Assembly: GCA_030669585.1 (NCBI GenBank)
Contig: DAOVDI010000002.1
Location: forward strand, 1 to 61,858
Origin: Acidobacteriota bacterium
GTDB taxonomy: Bacteria; Acidobacteriota; Aminicenantia; Aminicenantales; Aminicenantaceae
Reading direction: 5' to 3'
DNA: 61,858 nt
A model generated the notes under the pieces. The model saw only the letters and a program-made list of their open reading frames with translations. It was not told where the DNA came from and searched no databases. Of this stretch, positions 54,220 through 61,858 are shown piece by piece (positions within the stretch are counted from its first letter, which is position 1; each line of letters opens with the position of its first letter). A program made the translations under genes and the position numbers.

Positions 54220-54564
54220 TTATCCTGGAGGCCAGGTCATGCGCCTTCCTCCGAGTAAGTGAAAATGGATATGGAATACATCCTGTCCGGCGTCGCTGGC
54301 GGTATTGAGTACGATCCTGTATCCGGATTCAGCGATGCCCTTTTTGTCTGCGATCATCTGTATCTTGAGAAGTATGTATCCCATGAGTGCATGCTGTGCC
54401 TCTGTGATGTCATTCAAAGAGCTGAAATGTTCTTTGGGAATAACGAGCGTATGAACAGGTGCTTTGGGATTGATATCGTCAAAGGCTATAATCAGATCAT
54501 CCTCATAAACCACGTTTGCGGGAAGTTCTTTTCTGATGATCTTACAAAAAAGGCAATCTTCCAT
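54220..54564 (-). CDS. HIT-family (histidine triad) nucleotide hydrolase
   Basis: 114 aa. Motif CLFCKI, and HIHFHLLGG (HxHxHxx). Confidence 0.85.
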   Translation of the reverse strand: MEDCLFCKIIRKELPANVVYEDDLIIAFDDINPKAPVHTLVIPKEHFSSLNDITEAQHALMGYILLKIQMIADKKGIAESGYRIVLNTASDAGQDVFHIHFHLLGGRRMTWPPG

Positions 54565-54591
54565 TATTCCTTCTCCTTAGGTTAAGTCTTT

Positions 54592-55857
54592 TTAATCCTT
54601 CAGCACTTCTATATATGCACCTAGGGACCTGAGTTTCATTTCGATCCCCTCATATCCTCTTTCCAGATGTTGAGATTCATTGATGATGGTTTCACCTCGG
54701 GCGATCAAGCCGGCTAGTATAAGGGATGCAGAAGCTCGAAGGTCTGTTGCGAGGATCTGGGCTCCTGACAGGGGTGTCTTGCCTTTTACTACTGCTTTAT
54801 CACCGGATACATCGATGTTAGCACCCAGACGCAGTAATTCATTGATATGTGAGAATCGTCTGTCAAAAATTGTTTCTGTTATGATGGAAGTTCCTTCTGC
54901 TTGACTCATCAGCACTGTGAACTGTGCCTGCATGTCTGTAGGGAATCCAGGATACGGGGAAGTTGTAATATCTTGGGGTTTGATTTTCCGGCTTCCGGTG
55001 ACACGAAGAGTGTGAGAATTGACCTGTTCGATCTCTGCTCCGGAAAAACGCAGTTTTTCGATGATAGCGGTAAGATGAAAGGGTTGAGTCCTTGTCAGCG
55101 TAATCTGTCCCTGGGTCAAAGCGCTTGCAACAAGATAGGTTCCGGCCTCGATCCTGTCAGGGATGATCTCATGAATGGCCCCGCCCAGTTCATTCACTCC
55201 TTTTACACGTATGAGTTCTTCGCCGATCCCGTCGATCTTTGCGCCCATCTTGACCAGAAGCTCGCAGAGATTGATCACTTCCGGCTCAAGCGAACAGTTC
55301 TTAAGAATTGATTCTCCTTTGGCCAGGGAGGCGGCCATAAGGAGATTTTCAGTGCCGCCCACGGTTTTCTTTTCAAACTCGATCTCAGCTCCCACGAGCC
55401 GGCCGGCTTCCGCTTGAATATAACCGTGTTCAAGGGAGATCTTTGCGCCCATCTTCTCTAGTCCATGGATATGCAGGTCTATGGGACGGGATCCGATAGC
55501 GCATCCTCCTGGCAGGGCTACTATCGCTTTTCCCCGGCGGGCAAGCAGGGGGCCGAGAACAAGAATGGAAGCCCTCATGGCTCGGACCAGCTCGTAGGAA
55601 GCTTCTTCGAAAAGGATATTTTTAATCTGGAGAGAAAGTGAATTCTTGCGAATGGAATACTCAGCTCCCATCTCTTTCATTAGAGTCAGGATAGTAAAGA
55701 CATCTTTGACCAGAGGAACGTTTTTGAGTTTGATCTTGTCTTTGGTTAAGAGGGCGGCTGCGATGGCAGGAAGAACTGCATTCTTGGCGCCGGATATTCT
55801 CACCTTTCCCTGAAGCCGGAGTTCCGGATTTCCGATTATTTTAATTCTTGCCATCAT
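54592..55857 (-). CDS. murA: UDP-N-acetylglucosamine 1-carboxyvinyltransferase
   Basis: Start placed at MMARIKIIG (55857 or 55854); the track start is 55890. Motifs ISGAKNAVLP, PGGCAIGSRPIDLH and FPTDMQAQ. Confidence 0.9.
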   Translation of the reverse strand: MMARIKIIGNPELRLQGKVRISGAKNAVLPAIAAALLTKDKIKLKNVPLVKDVFTILTLMKEMGAEYSIRKNSLSLQIKNILFEEASYELVRAMRASILVLGPLLARRGKAIVALPGGCAIGSRPIDLHIHGLEKMGAKISLEHGYIQAEAGRLVGAEIEFEKKTVGGTENLLMAASLAKGESILKNCSLEPEVINLCELLVKMGAKIDGIGEELIRVKGVNELGGAIHEIIPDRIEAGTYLVASALTQGQITLTRTQPFHLTAIIEKLRFSGAEIEQVNSHTLRVTGSRKIKPQDITTSPYPGFPTDMQAQFTVLMSQAEGTSIITETIFDRRFSHINELLRLGANIDVSGDKAVVKGKTPLSGAQILATDLRASASLILAGLIARGETIINESQHLERGYEGIEMKLRSLGAYIEVLKD

Positions 55858-56063
55858 ATTAATAATAGACGAAGTCAATTCAAAATTCAATGATCCTGTA
55901 CAGTCACAGAAAACGCTTCGTTCCTTGACTTGTCTAGTTTTGTGTGTTACTTAAATTTTACACAGAATCATTGTCCGGATTATTCTCAAGATAGAAAACA
56001 TCTATGAATTATAAATCAGGACAAATTTCTGTCTGATCAAATTGAAAATAACGGGAGGAAATC

Positions 56064-57086
56064 ATGAGATTATTATTTGTTGGTTTTGGAACGGTAGGCC
56101 AGGGACTAGCAGAGCTTTTACTGGAGAAAGAAAAATTTCTTGCCGAGAATTATGGTTTTGAATTTAAAATTGTAGGAATTGCCGATAAGATCATGGGGAG
56201 CCTTTTTGTTCCGGAGGGGCTCGACCTGGAAAAGGCTTTAAAGATGGTTAAGGAAGAACGATCTTTGGCGAGTTATCCGGGAGGGGAATACAAAAAAGAT
56301 GCCCTTTCCCTGATCAAGGAAACGGATGCGGACGTGATGCTTGAAGCGACCTATACGGACATCAAGACCGGCGAGCCTGCCACCTCGTATATTAGGGCCG
56401 CTCTCGAGCGGGGGATGCATGTCACAACAACCAATAAAGGACCCCTGGCTCTCTACTACCGGGAATTGGCCGATCTTGCAATAAAAAAAGGAGTTCAGTT
56501 TCTTTTTGAAGGAACAGTAATGAGCGGGACTCCCATTCTTAACCTTCTGCGGGAAACTCTAGCCGGCAGTAATATCACGGAGATCAAGGGTATTCTCAAT
56601 GGAACGACCAACTATATCCTGACAAGGATGGAAGAGGGGTTTTCCTATGAAGACGCGCTTAACAAGGCGCAGGAGTTGGGATATGCAGAGGCAGTTCCGG
56701 ATGCCGATGTGCAGGGTTGGGATGCGCTGGCCAAAGTGACCATTCTGGCAAGAGTAATTTTTGGCGGCAAAGGAAATCCTTTTGATTATCCCTGTGAAGG
56801 CATTACAAAGATAACGGCCGGGGCAATTGCTGATGCCAAGGACCGTGGCAAACGGTTCAAGCTAATAGGCAAGGTCTGGCGAGAAGGAAGTGACGTAAAA
56901 GCATCGGTCAATCCCGAAGAAGTGGATATGTCTCATCCTTTAGGCGGTATTATGGGCGCAACCAATGCTATGACTATTACAACAGATACTCTGGGAGAAG
57001 TGACTATTGTTGGGCCCGGTGCCGGAAGAACAGAAACAGGATACAGTCTTCTTATCGATATACTTAAAATCAACGGTATAAAATAA
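56064..57086 (+). CDS. hom: Homoserine dehydrogenase (short form, no ACT domain)
   Basis: 340 aa. Motifs VGFGTVGQG, TTNKGPLA, EGTVMSGTPI and GILNGTTNYIL. Confidence 0.8.
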   Translation: MRLLFVGFGTVGQGLAELLLEKEKFLAENYGFEFKIVGIADKIMGSLFVPEGLDLEKALKMVKEERSLASYPGGEYKKDALSLIKETDADVMLEATYTDIKTGEPATSYIRAALERGMHVTTTNKGPLALYYRELADLAIKKGVQFLFEGTVMSGTPILNLLRETLAGSNITEIKGILNGTTNYILTRMEEGFSYEDALNKAQELGYAEAVPDADVQGWDALAKVTILARVIFGGKGNPFDYPCEGITKITAGAIADAKDRGKRFKLIGKVWREGSDVKASVNPEEVDMSHPLGGIMGATNAMTITTDTLGEVTIVGPGAGRTETGYSLLIDILKINGIK

Positions 57087-57108
57087 CCTGAATTATTCAG
57101 GATAAAGA

Positions 57109-57132
57109 GGAGGGGAAGATATCTTCCCCTCC
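57109..57132. terminator. Perfect 11-bp palindromic hairpin between convergent genes
   Basis: GGAGGGGAAGA-ta-TCTTCCCCTCC between the hom stop (+) and the citrate synthase stop (-). A smaller hairpin CCTGAAT-t-ATTCAGG lies just upstream (57088-57102). There is no long U-tract, so function is inferred from position and stem strength. Confidence 0.55.
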
Positions 57133-57172
57133 ATGTAATTAATCTTTTTAGACTGCTTTTCTGTAGAATCGA

Positions 57173-58471
57173 CTACTTCTTAACCTGTTCTTCAAGCCAA
57201 TCGGTTGTAATGGTCTTGGGTCTTTCGATGGCCAGTCCGAGGGCGCGGTCCCAGATGAGCGAAGCGAGAACACCCATTGCTCGGGATACACCAAAAAAGA
57301 CGGTATAGATGTCATATTCGGTGATACCGTAATGGAGCATCAAACAACCGGAATGAGCGTCAACATTCGGCCAGGGGTTTTTCGCTTTGCCTTGTTCTCT
57401 AAGGATATCGGGGGCGACTTCATAGATGGCGCTGACAACTTTGAAGATCTCGTCATCAGGGAGATGCTTCAGGGCAAACTCCCTCTGAGCCATATATCTG
57501 GGATCGGTCTGGCGTAGAACAGCATGGCCGTATCCGGGGATGACCTGTCCTGAGTTGAGTGTATCCCATAGATATTTAACCAATTCATCTTTTGTTGGCA
57601 CGCCGCCGAGATCTTCCTTGACATTCATGATCCATCTGAGTACTTCCTGGTTGGCCAGACCATGGAGCGGACCGGCCAGGCCATTCATGCCTGCTGAGAG
57701 AGAATAATAGGCATCGGACAGAGTCGAACCAACGAGGTGAGTTGTGTGTGCGGATACATTCCCGCCTTCGTGGTCACTATGGATGACCAGATACAGCCTC
57801 ATTAGCTCTTTGAATGCATCCCCTTCTACTCCGAGCATATGGGCCATGTTTCCTCCCCAGTCAAGACTGGGATCTGAAGGAATGTGTTCGTCATTTTTGT
57901 ATTCTTTTCGATAGATGTACGCCGCTATCTTTGGAAGCTTGGCGATCAGGTTCATGACGTCTTCGTACATGGGATCCCAGTAGTCCATTTTGCTGATGCC
58001 TTCACGGTATTTCTGAGCATAAACAGATTCCCTCTGCAGCGCCATGATCCCCATGGAAAACTGGGTCATGGGGTGTGTCCCTTTGGGGATCGCTTTCAAG
58101 ATATCGATAAGATATCCGGGAAGTTCGCCGCGCGTTGTCCACTCTTTTGTCACCTCTTTGACATCATCTTCTGTGGGAAGTTCCCCGGTCAACAACAGAT
58201 AGAAAAGCCCTTCGGGAAGAGGTTCTTCTCCGCCTGGAGCCGTGGGGAGTTTTTCCCGCAGCTGGGGAATGTTGAATCCGCGGAAACGTATTCCTTCAAA
58301 AGGATCAAGAGCGGAAGTTTCGGTGACAATACATTTGACTCCGCGGGCTCCACCGTAAGCCTGAGCAATCGTTACATCTGAGATGACATTGTCACCGTGC
58401 TCTTTAACAAGAGTTTTGACACGACTGCGCATTGGGTCAAGTTTGGATTGAAGTTTTTCTTTTAAAGACAT
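57173..58471 (-). CDS. gltA: Citrate synthase with the eukaryote-type active-site signature
   Basis: Start placed at MSLKEKLQ (58471, GGAGG RBS); the track start is 58534. Motifs GYGHAVLRQTDPRY, HSDHEGGNVSAH and AHSG. Confidence 0.9.
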   Translation of the reverse strand: MSLKEKLQSKLDPMRSRVKTLVKEHGDNVISDVTIAQAYGGARGVKCIVTETSALDPFEGIRFRGFNIPQLREKLPTAPGGEEPLPEGLFYLLLTGELPTEDDVKEVTKEWTTRGELPGYLIDILKAIPKGTHPMTQFSMGIMALQRESVYAQKYREGISKMDYWDPMYEDVMNLIAKLPKIAAYIYRKEYKNDEHIPSDPSLDWGGNMAHMLGVEGDAFKELMRLYLVIHSDHEGGNVSAHTTHLVGSTLSDAYYSLSAGMNGLAGPLHGLANQEVLRWIMNVKEDLGGVPTKDELVKYLWDTLNSGQVIPGYGHAVLRQTDPRYMAQREFALKHLPDDEIFKVVSAIYEVAPDILREQGKAKNPWPNVDAHSGCLMLHYGITEYDIYTVFFGVSRAMGVLASLIWDRALGLAIERPKTITTDWLEEQVKK

Positions 58472-58694
58472 ATATAGACCTCCCTGAATTAAATTATTAT
58501 AACCGTTGCTAACGGAAAAAAAATATAACATCATTTAATCACAATAGTCAATGGGAATCCAATATTTACGTAAAAAATTGAAATTAAATTATGTTGACGT
58601 AAATTTTCATAAATTTCGCAGGCTTGTTGATTATTGAATTATTTGATAGTTTATAATGTATAAAATATGAAAATATGTTCCAAAGGAGTAAGAC

Positions 58695-59249
58695 ATGGGA
58701 GTTGGAATCATTCTTTTAATCATCCTGGGTGTTATCATCGTTTTTGTGATCGGGATCTACAATGCCCTCATTCAATTGCGTAACCGCTGTGAAAATGCTT
58801 GGGCACAGGTCGATGTTCAGCTAAGAAGGAGATATGACCTGATACCTAATCTGGTGGAGACGGTTAAAGGTTATGCCAAACATGAGAGGGAGCTTTTTCA
58901 GAAGGTTACCGAAGCTCGGGCCAGTGCCATCAATGCCGGAACGGTCAAGGAACAGGGACAGGCGGAAAACATGTTGAGCGGCACATTGAAATCGCTCTTT
59001 GCCGTAGCGGAAAATTATCCGGAATTAAAAGCCAATCAAAATTTTATGATGCTTCAGGAAGAACTGGCCGGGACAGAGGGAAAGATCGCCTACGCCAGAC
59101 AGTTTTACAATGACATGGCCATGAAATTCAACACCAAACAGCAGGTTTTTCCTGCCAATATCATCGCCGGCACGTTCAATTTTTCAGAAAGAGAATATTT
59201 TGAGATCGAAGAGGCTGAAGCCAAAGAGCCGGTCAAAGTTGAGTTTTAA
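58695..59249 (+). CDS. lemA: LemA family membrane protein
   Basis: 184 aa. N-terminal TM. Motifs [28 protein letters not shown] and FYND. Confidence 0.85.
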   Translation: MGVGIILLIILGVIIVFVIGIYNALIQLRNRCENAWAQVDVQLRRRYDLIPNLVETVKGYAKHERELFQKVTEARASAINAGTVKEQGQAENMLSGTLKSLFAVAENYPELKANQNFMMLQEELAGTEGKIAYARQFYNDMAMKFNTKQQVFPANIIAGTFNFSEREYFEIEEAEAKEPVKVEF

Positions 59250-59275
59250 TTTTTTTTTAATACTGCCTGAATGTT

Positions 59276-60172
59276 ATGTATAAACAGATTTCGAGAAACA
59301 AGCGACGGTCTTTTTTTCTTGTCCTTTTTTTCTTTGCTTTGATCTTTGTTCTGACGTGGGTATTCGGACAGATGACAGAATTGGGAGCTTATGCGTTGAT
59401 CCCGGCTCTGGTTATTGCTGTACTGGCGACCTTTACCAGTTACTTTTATAGCGACAGGATTGCCCTGGCAGTAAGCCGGGCGAGGCCGGTGAAGAAAGAG
59501 GAATATCCCCACCTTTATAATGTGGTCGAAGGGCTTGCCATTGCAGCAGGCCTGCCTAAACCCCGGTGTTATGTCATTAATGACACAGCTCCCAATGCCT
59601 TTGCTTCCGGCCGCAATCCAGAGAATTCGGTTATCGTAGTCACCGAGGGATTGCTGTCTAAGCTTAACCGGGTAGAACTGGAAGGTGTTATTGCCCATGA
59701 GATGTCCCATATCAAGAACTATGATATTCTTGTGCAGACTCTGGCGGTTGTCATGGTGGGTGTTATAGCGCTTCTCAGCGATTGGATCATGCGGAGTTTT
59801 TTCTGGGGAGGGGGGAAGAGGCGGAGCAGCGATAGAGGGAAAAGTGGGAATGCGGCGGCTATTTTCCTCGTTGTGGGATTGATCCTTGCTATTCTTTCCC
59901 CATTGATTGCTCAGCTTCTCCGGCTCGCGGTCTCTCGCAAGAGGGAATTTCTGGCTGATGCAAGTAGTGCCATGATGACCCGCTATCCTGCAGGCCTTGC
60001 TTCTGCGCTGAGAAAGCTGGCAGCGGATAAAGAACCCCTTGAAGTAGCCAATAAAGCCACTGCACACATGTACATAGTAAATCCCTTGAAAGAGCATAAG
60101 GGAAAAATGAACAAACTTTTCAGTACCCATCCCCCGATCGAAGAGCGTATTGCTGCGCTGGAAAGCATGTAA
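59276..60172 (+). CDS. htpX: M48-family zinc metalloprotease HtpX
   Basis: 298 aa. TM helices. Zincin motif HEMSHI and downstream EFLAD. The lemA-htpX pairing is common. Confidence 0.85.
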   Translation: MYKQISRNKRRSFFLVLFFFALIFVLTWVFGQMTELGAYALIPALVIAVLATFTSYFYSDRIALAVSRARPVKKEEYPHLYNVVEGLAIAAGLPKPRCYVINDTAPNAFASGRNPENSVIVVTEGLLSKLNRVELEGVIAHEMSHIKNYDILVQTLAVVMVGVIALLSDWIMRSFFWGGGKRRSSDRGKSGNAAAIFLVVGLILAILSPLIAQLLRLAVSRKREFLADASSAMMTRYPAGLASALRKLAADKEPLEVANKATAHMYIVNPLKEHKGKMNKLFSTHPPIEERIAALESM

Positions 60173-60198
60173 CCTGAATAATGCAGGGTAAAAAAAGA

Positions 60199-60226
60199 TT
60201 GATATTTCACGCCAATCTATTATAAT
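60199..60226 (+). promoter_or_regulatory. Sigma-70 promoter for tRNA-Asp
   Basis: TTGATA-16 nt-TATAAT, about 15 nt upstream of the tRNA 5' end. Confidence 0.55.
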
Positions 60227-60241
60227 GATTTAACCCTGAGC

Positions 60242-60318
60242 GGGGTCGTAGTTCAGTCGGTTAGAACGCCGGCCTGTCACGCCGGAGGTCGCGAGTTCGA
60301 GTCTCGTCGGCCCCGCCA
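60242..60318 (+). tRNA. tRNA-Asp (anticodon GUC), CCA encoded
   Basis: Acceptor GGGGTCG/CGGCCCC. D arm GTTC-AGTCGGTTA-GAAC. Anticodon arm CCGGC-CTGTCAC-GCCGG. T arm GCGAG-TTCGAGT-CTCGT. Discriminator G plus CCA. Near-identical layout to E. coli tRNA-Asp. Confidence 0.9.
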
Positions 60319-60448
60319 CTTTTTCTCCTGTCATCTCGGTTGAAATACATTTATAATTTGGATAAGATAATATGTTCGGTTGCAATGTTGATTAATCAAA
60401 TTATAAAGCTATTTTATCAGGGTTTGCCTTTTATAGGAGAATGGAATT

Positions 60449-61144
60449 ATGAGTAAAGAGTCAAAACCTTTTATACAGGTTTATTGTCCGGAATTGCAGG
60501 CGATGATAAGACCCGGAGAATACACCATGTGCCCTTTCTTCAGGGGAAAGAAGCTTGATCTGTCAGAAACAGACGATATGGTAAAACAGATCTTTCAATG
60601 TCATGTTCAATGCGGATGCAAGGTCGAATACCAGTATTTTGATGGGGATAAGCTAATAACAAAAACCGAGGATTCCATCGAAGATGACGAAACTCTCAGA
60701 CATATTCTTTTTCTTGTAGCCGGAAAAACGGGAAAAAAAGAAGAAAAAAAGAAGAAAAAAGTCCTTCTGGTTGATGATGATGCGGACTTTCTGGAAATGC
60801 ATTCTGCTGTGCTGGAACACAAGGGATATGAAGTGATCACTGCACAGAGTTCAAAAGAATGTATGGAAACTCTGGAAAAGATTCAGCCTGATATTGTTGT
60901 ACTGGATGTCATGATGGAACATTTTGACTCCGGTTTTAAAGCGAGTGAGAAAATAAAGAAAAAGTATGCAGATCTTCCTGTCATGCTCCTCACCTCGATA
61001 GGAGCCCAGACCGGATTGGAATTTTCTGCCAGTGATGATGTTTTAAAACTTACAGGCGCTGATGTGCTGCTGGATAAACCGGTAAGTCCAAAGGTCTTTA
61101 TTGATGCGATCGAGAAATTGACCGGTCAAAAAAATCTTAAATAA
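60449..61144 (+). CDS. Receiver (REC) protein with an unrecognised Cys/His-rich N-terminal domain
   Basis: 231 aa. Residues 1 to about 95 contain C13, C28, C51, C55 and C57 (…CHVQCGC…). A poly-Lys/Glu linker follows. The REC domain carries LLVDDDADF, VLDVMMEHFDSGF and DKPV. Confidence 0.7.
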   Translation: MSKESKPFIQVYCPELQAMIRPGEYTMCPFFRGKKLDLSETDDMVKQIFQCHVQCGCKVEYQYFDGDKLITKTEDSIEDDETLRHILFLVAGKTGKKEEKKKKKVLLVDDDADFLEMHSAVLEHKGYEVITAQSSKECMETLEKIQPDIVVLDVMMEHFDSGFKASEKIKKKYADLPVMLLTSIGAQTGLEFSASDDVLKLTGADVLLDKPVSPKVFIDAIEKLTGQKNLK

Positions 61145-61156
61145 TTTCTCATTCCC

Positions 61157-61858
61157 ATGTCTGTATTAAGCATTTCTCAAGAAAAGTGCCGGCAGTGTTA
61201 CCGGTGTGTACAGGGCTGTCCCACCAATGCCCTGAAGATCGATGACGGAAAAGTGAAGCGCATCGAAGAACGATGTATTCTTTGCGGTGCATGTTATAAG
61301 CACTGTCCTCATGATGCTATTATCGTACATACCGGGGTCGAACAGGTTGTGGAGCTTCTACAAAAAGGGGAAAAACTCGTTGCGTGTCTGGATCCTACTT
61401 TTCCGGCGGTTTTGGACAAAGGAACTCCAGGACAACTTGTGACAGCGCTTAAAAAATTAGGATTTCAGGAAGTTTGGGAATCAGCTTCCGGTGGTGAACT
61501 GGTTATTCGGGAATATCAAAAGTATCTTGACGGCTCGGATAAAATATCCTGCATTTCTTCATTTTGTCCTTCTCTTGTTCTATATATTGAGAAGTATGTT
61601 CCTGAGCTTGTGGACCACCTGGTACCTGTCGTTTCTCCTATGGTCGCAGCAGGGATGTTAGTGAAGCAGTTAAGGGGCCCGGAGACAAAGGTGGTCTTTA
61701 TCGGCTCCTGTCTTTCCAGGATCAGGGAACGAATGGATGGACATTCTAAAGGAGCTGTGGATTATGTCCTGACTTACCATGACATCCGGAATATACTTTA
61801 TGCGAAAGGAATCAACCGGGAAGATCAGGCTGCCTCTGATTTTGATGGGCCGCGTCCC
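61157..61858 (+). CDS. [FeFe]-hydrogenase-like protein, 5' part only (runs off the window end)
   Basis: Not in the ORF track because no stop is reached. My translation from the ATG at 61157 gives 234 in-frame codons. N-terminal motifs CRQCYRCVQGCP and CILCGACYKHCP. L1-like ISSFCPSLV and L2-like FIGSCLSRIRE. Confidence 0.7.
   Translation, partial: MSVLSISQEKCRQCYRCVQGCPTNALKIDDGKVKRIEERCILCGACYKHCPHDAIIVHTGVEQVVELLQKGEKLVACLDPTFPAVLDKGTPGQLVTALKKLGFQEVWESASGGELVIREYQKYLDGSDKISCISSFCPSLVLYIEKYVPELVDHLVPVVSPMVAAGMLVKQLRGPETKVVFIGSCLSRIRERMDGHSKGAVDYVLTYHDIRNILYAKGINREDQAASDFDGPRP

Noticed and set aside
59246-60130. 294-aa minus-strand ORF antisense to htpX
   Set aside because: It is entirely contained in the reverse frame of a well-supported M48 protease gene (HEMSHI) and has no family resemblance.

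Overview
All family calls come from reading the supplied translations and DNA by eye. No BLAST, HMM, tRNAscan or folding program was run.

The window looks like a bacterial chromosomal segment. The organism is probably diderm, since an LptD-like gene is present, and it uses sigma-54. I call about 75 protein genes and 4 tRNAs (Lys-UUU, Glu-UUC, Val-UAC, Asp-GUC). I saw no rRNA, CRISPR array, transposase or integrase.

**Layout**
- 0.1-5.7 kb (+ strand): lptD plus a nucleotide-sugar cluster. It holds an RmlC-like cupin, dTDP-glucose 4,6-dehydratase and two tandem SDR dehydratase/reductase paralogs.
- 5.7-37.2 kb: an unbroken minus-strand block of about 40 genes.
  - rdgB, mgtC-like, UbiA prenyltransferase, SAM methyltransferase and a large NAD-glutamate dehydrogenase.
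  - hypA, hypB and a hydrogenase maturation protease.
  - Three receiver proteins, one a hybrid kinase, behind a consensus sigma-54 promoter.
  - A four-subunit group-3b-type [NiFe] hydrogenase behind a second sigma-54 promoter.
  - An NtrC-type activator plus a Cache/HAMP histidine kinase.
  - A 16-gene hydrogenase/heterodisulfide-reductase block at 23.8-37.2 kb.
- 37.7-60.3 kb: ordinary housekeeping genes. These include tRNAs, an HD-GYP response regulator, rplU-rpmA-obg-nadD-rsfS-rlmH, comF, rsmI, nadE plus a CN-hydrolase, ligA, murB, murA, hom, citrate synthase and lemA-htpX.
- 60.4 kb to the end: a Cys-rich receiver protein followed by a second, truncated [FeFe]-hydrogenase-like gene.

**Main candidate for something new: the 23.8-37.2 kb block**
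- It joins HdrC/HdrB, a split HdrA, a NuoE/HndB/NuoF NAD(P)H module and MvhD/G/A (a group-3c-type [NiFe] hydrogenase).
- The N-terminal half of HdrA is a stand-alone gene. The C-terminal half is fused to a HoxU/NuoG-like 2Fe-2S N-terminus.
- Embedded in the block is a putative sensory module otherwise seen in HydABC-type [FeFe] hydrogenase loci: a degenerate [FeFe]-hydrogenase-like protein, two DRTGG proteins, two stand-alone GHKL ATPases and a PHP phosphoesterase.

**Second notable item:** the group-3b large subunit carries its own maturation-endopeptidase domain fused after the DPCxxCxxH cleavage motif.
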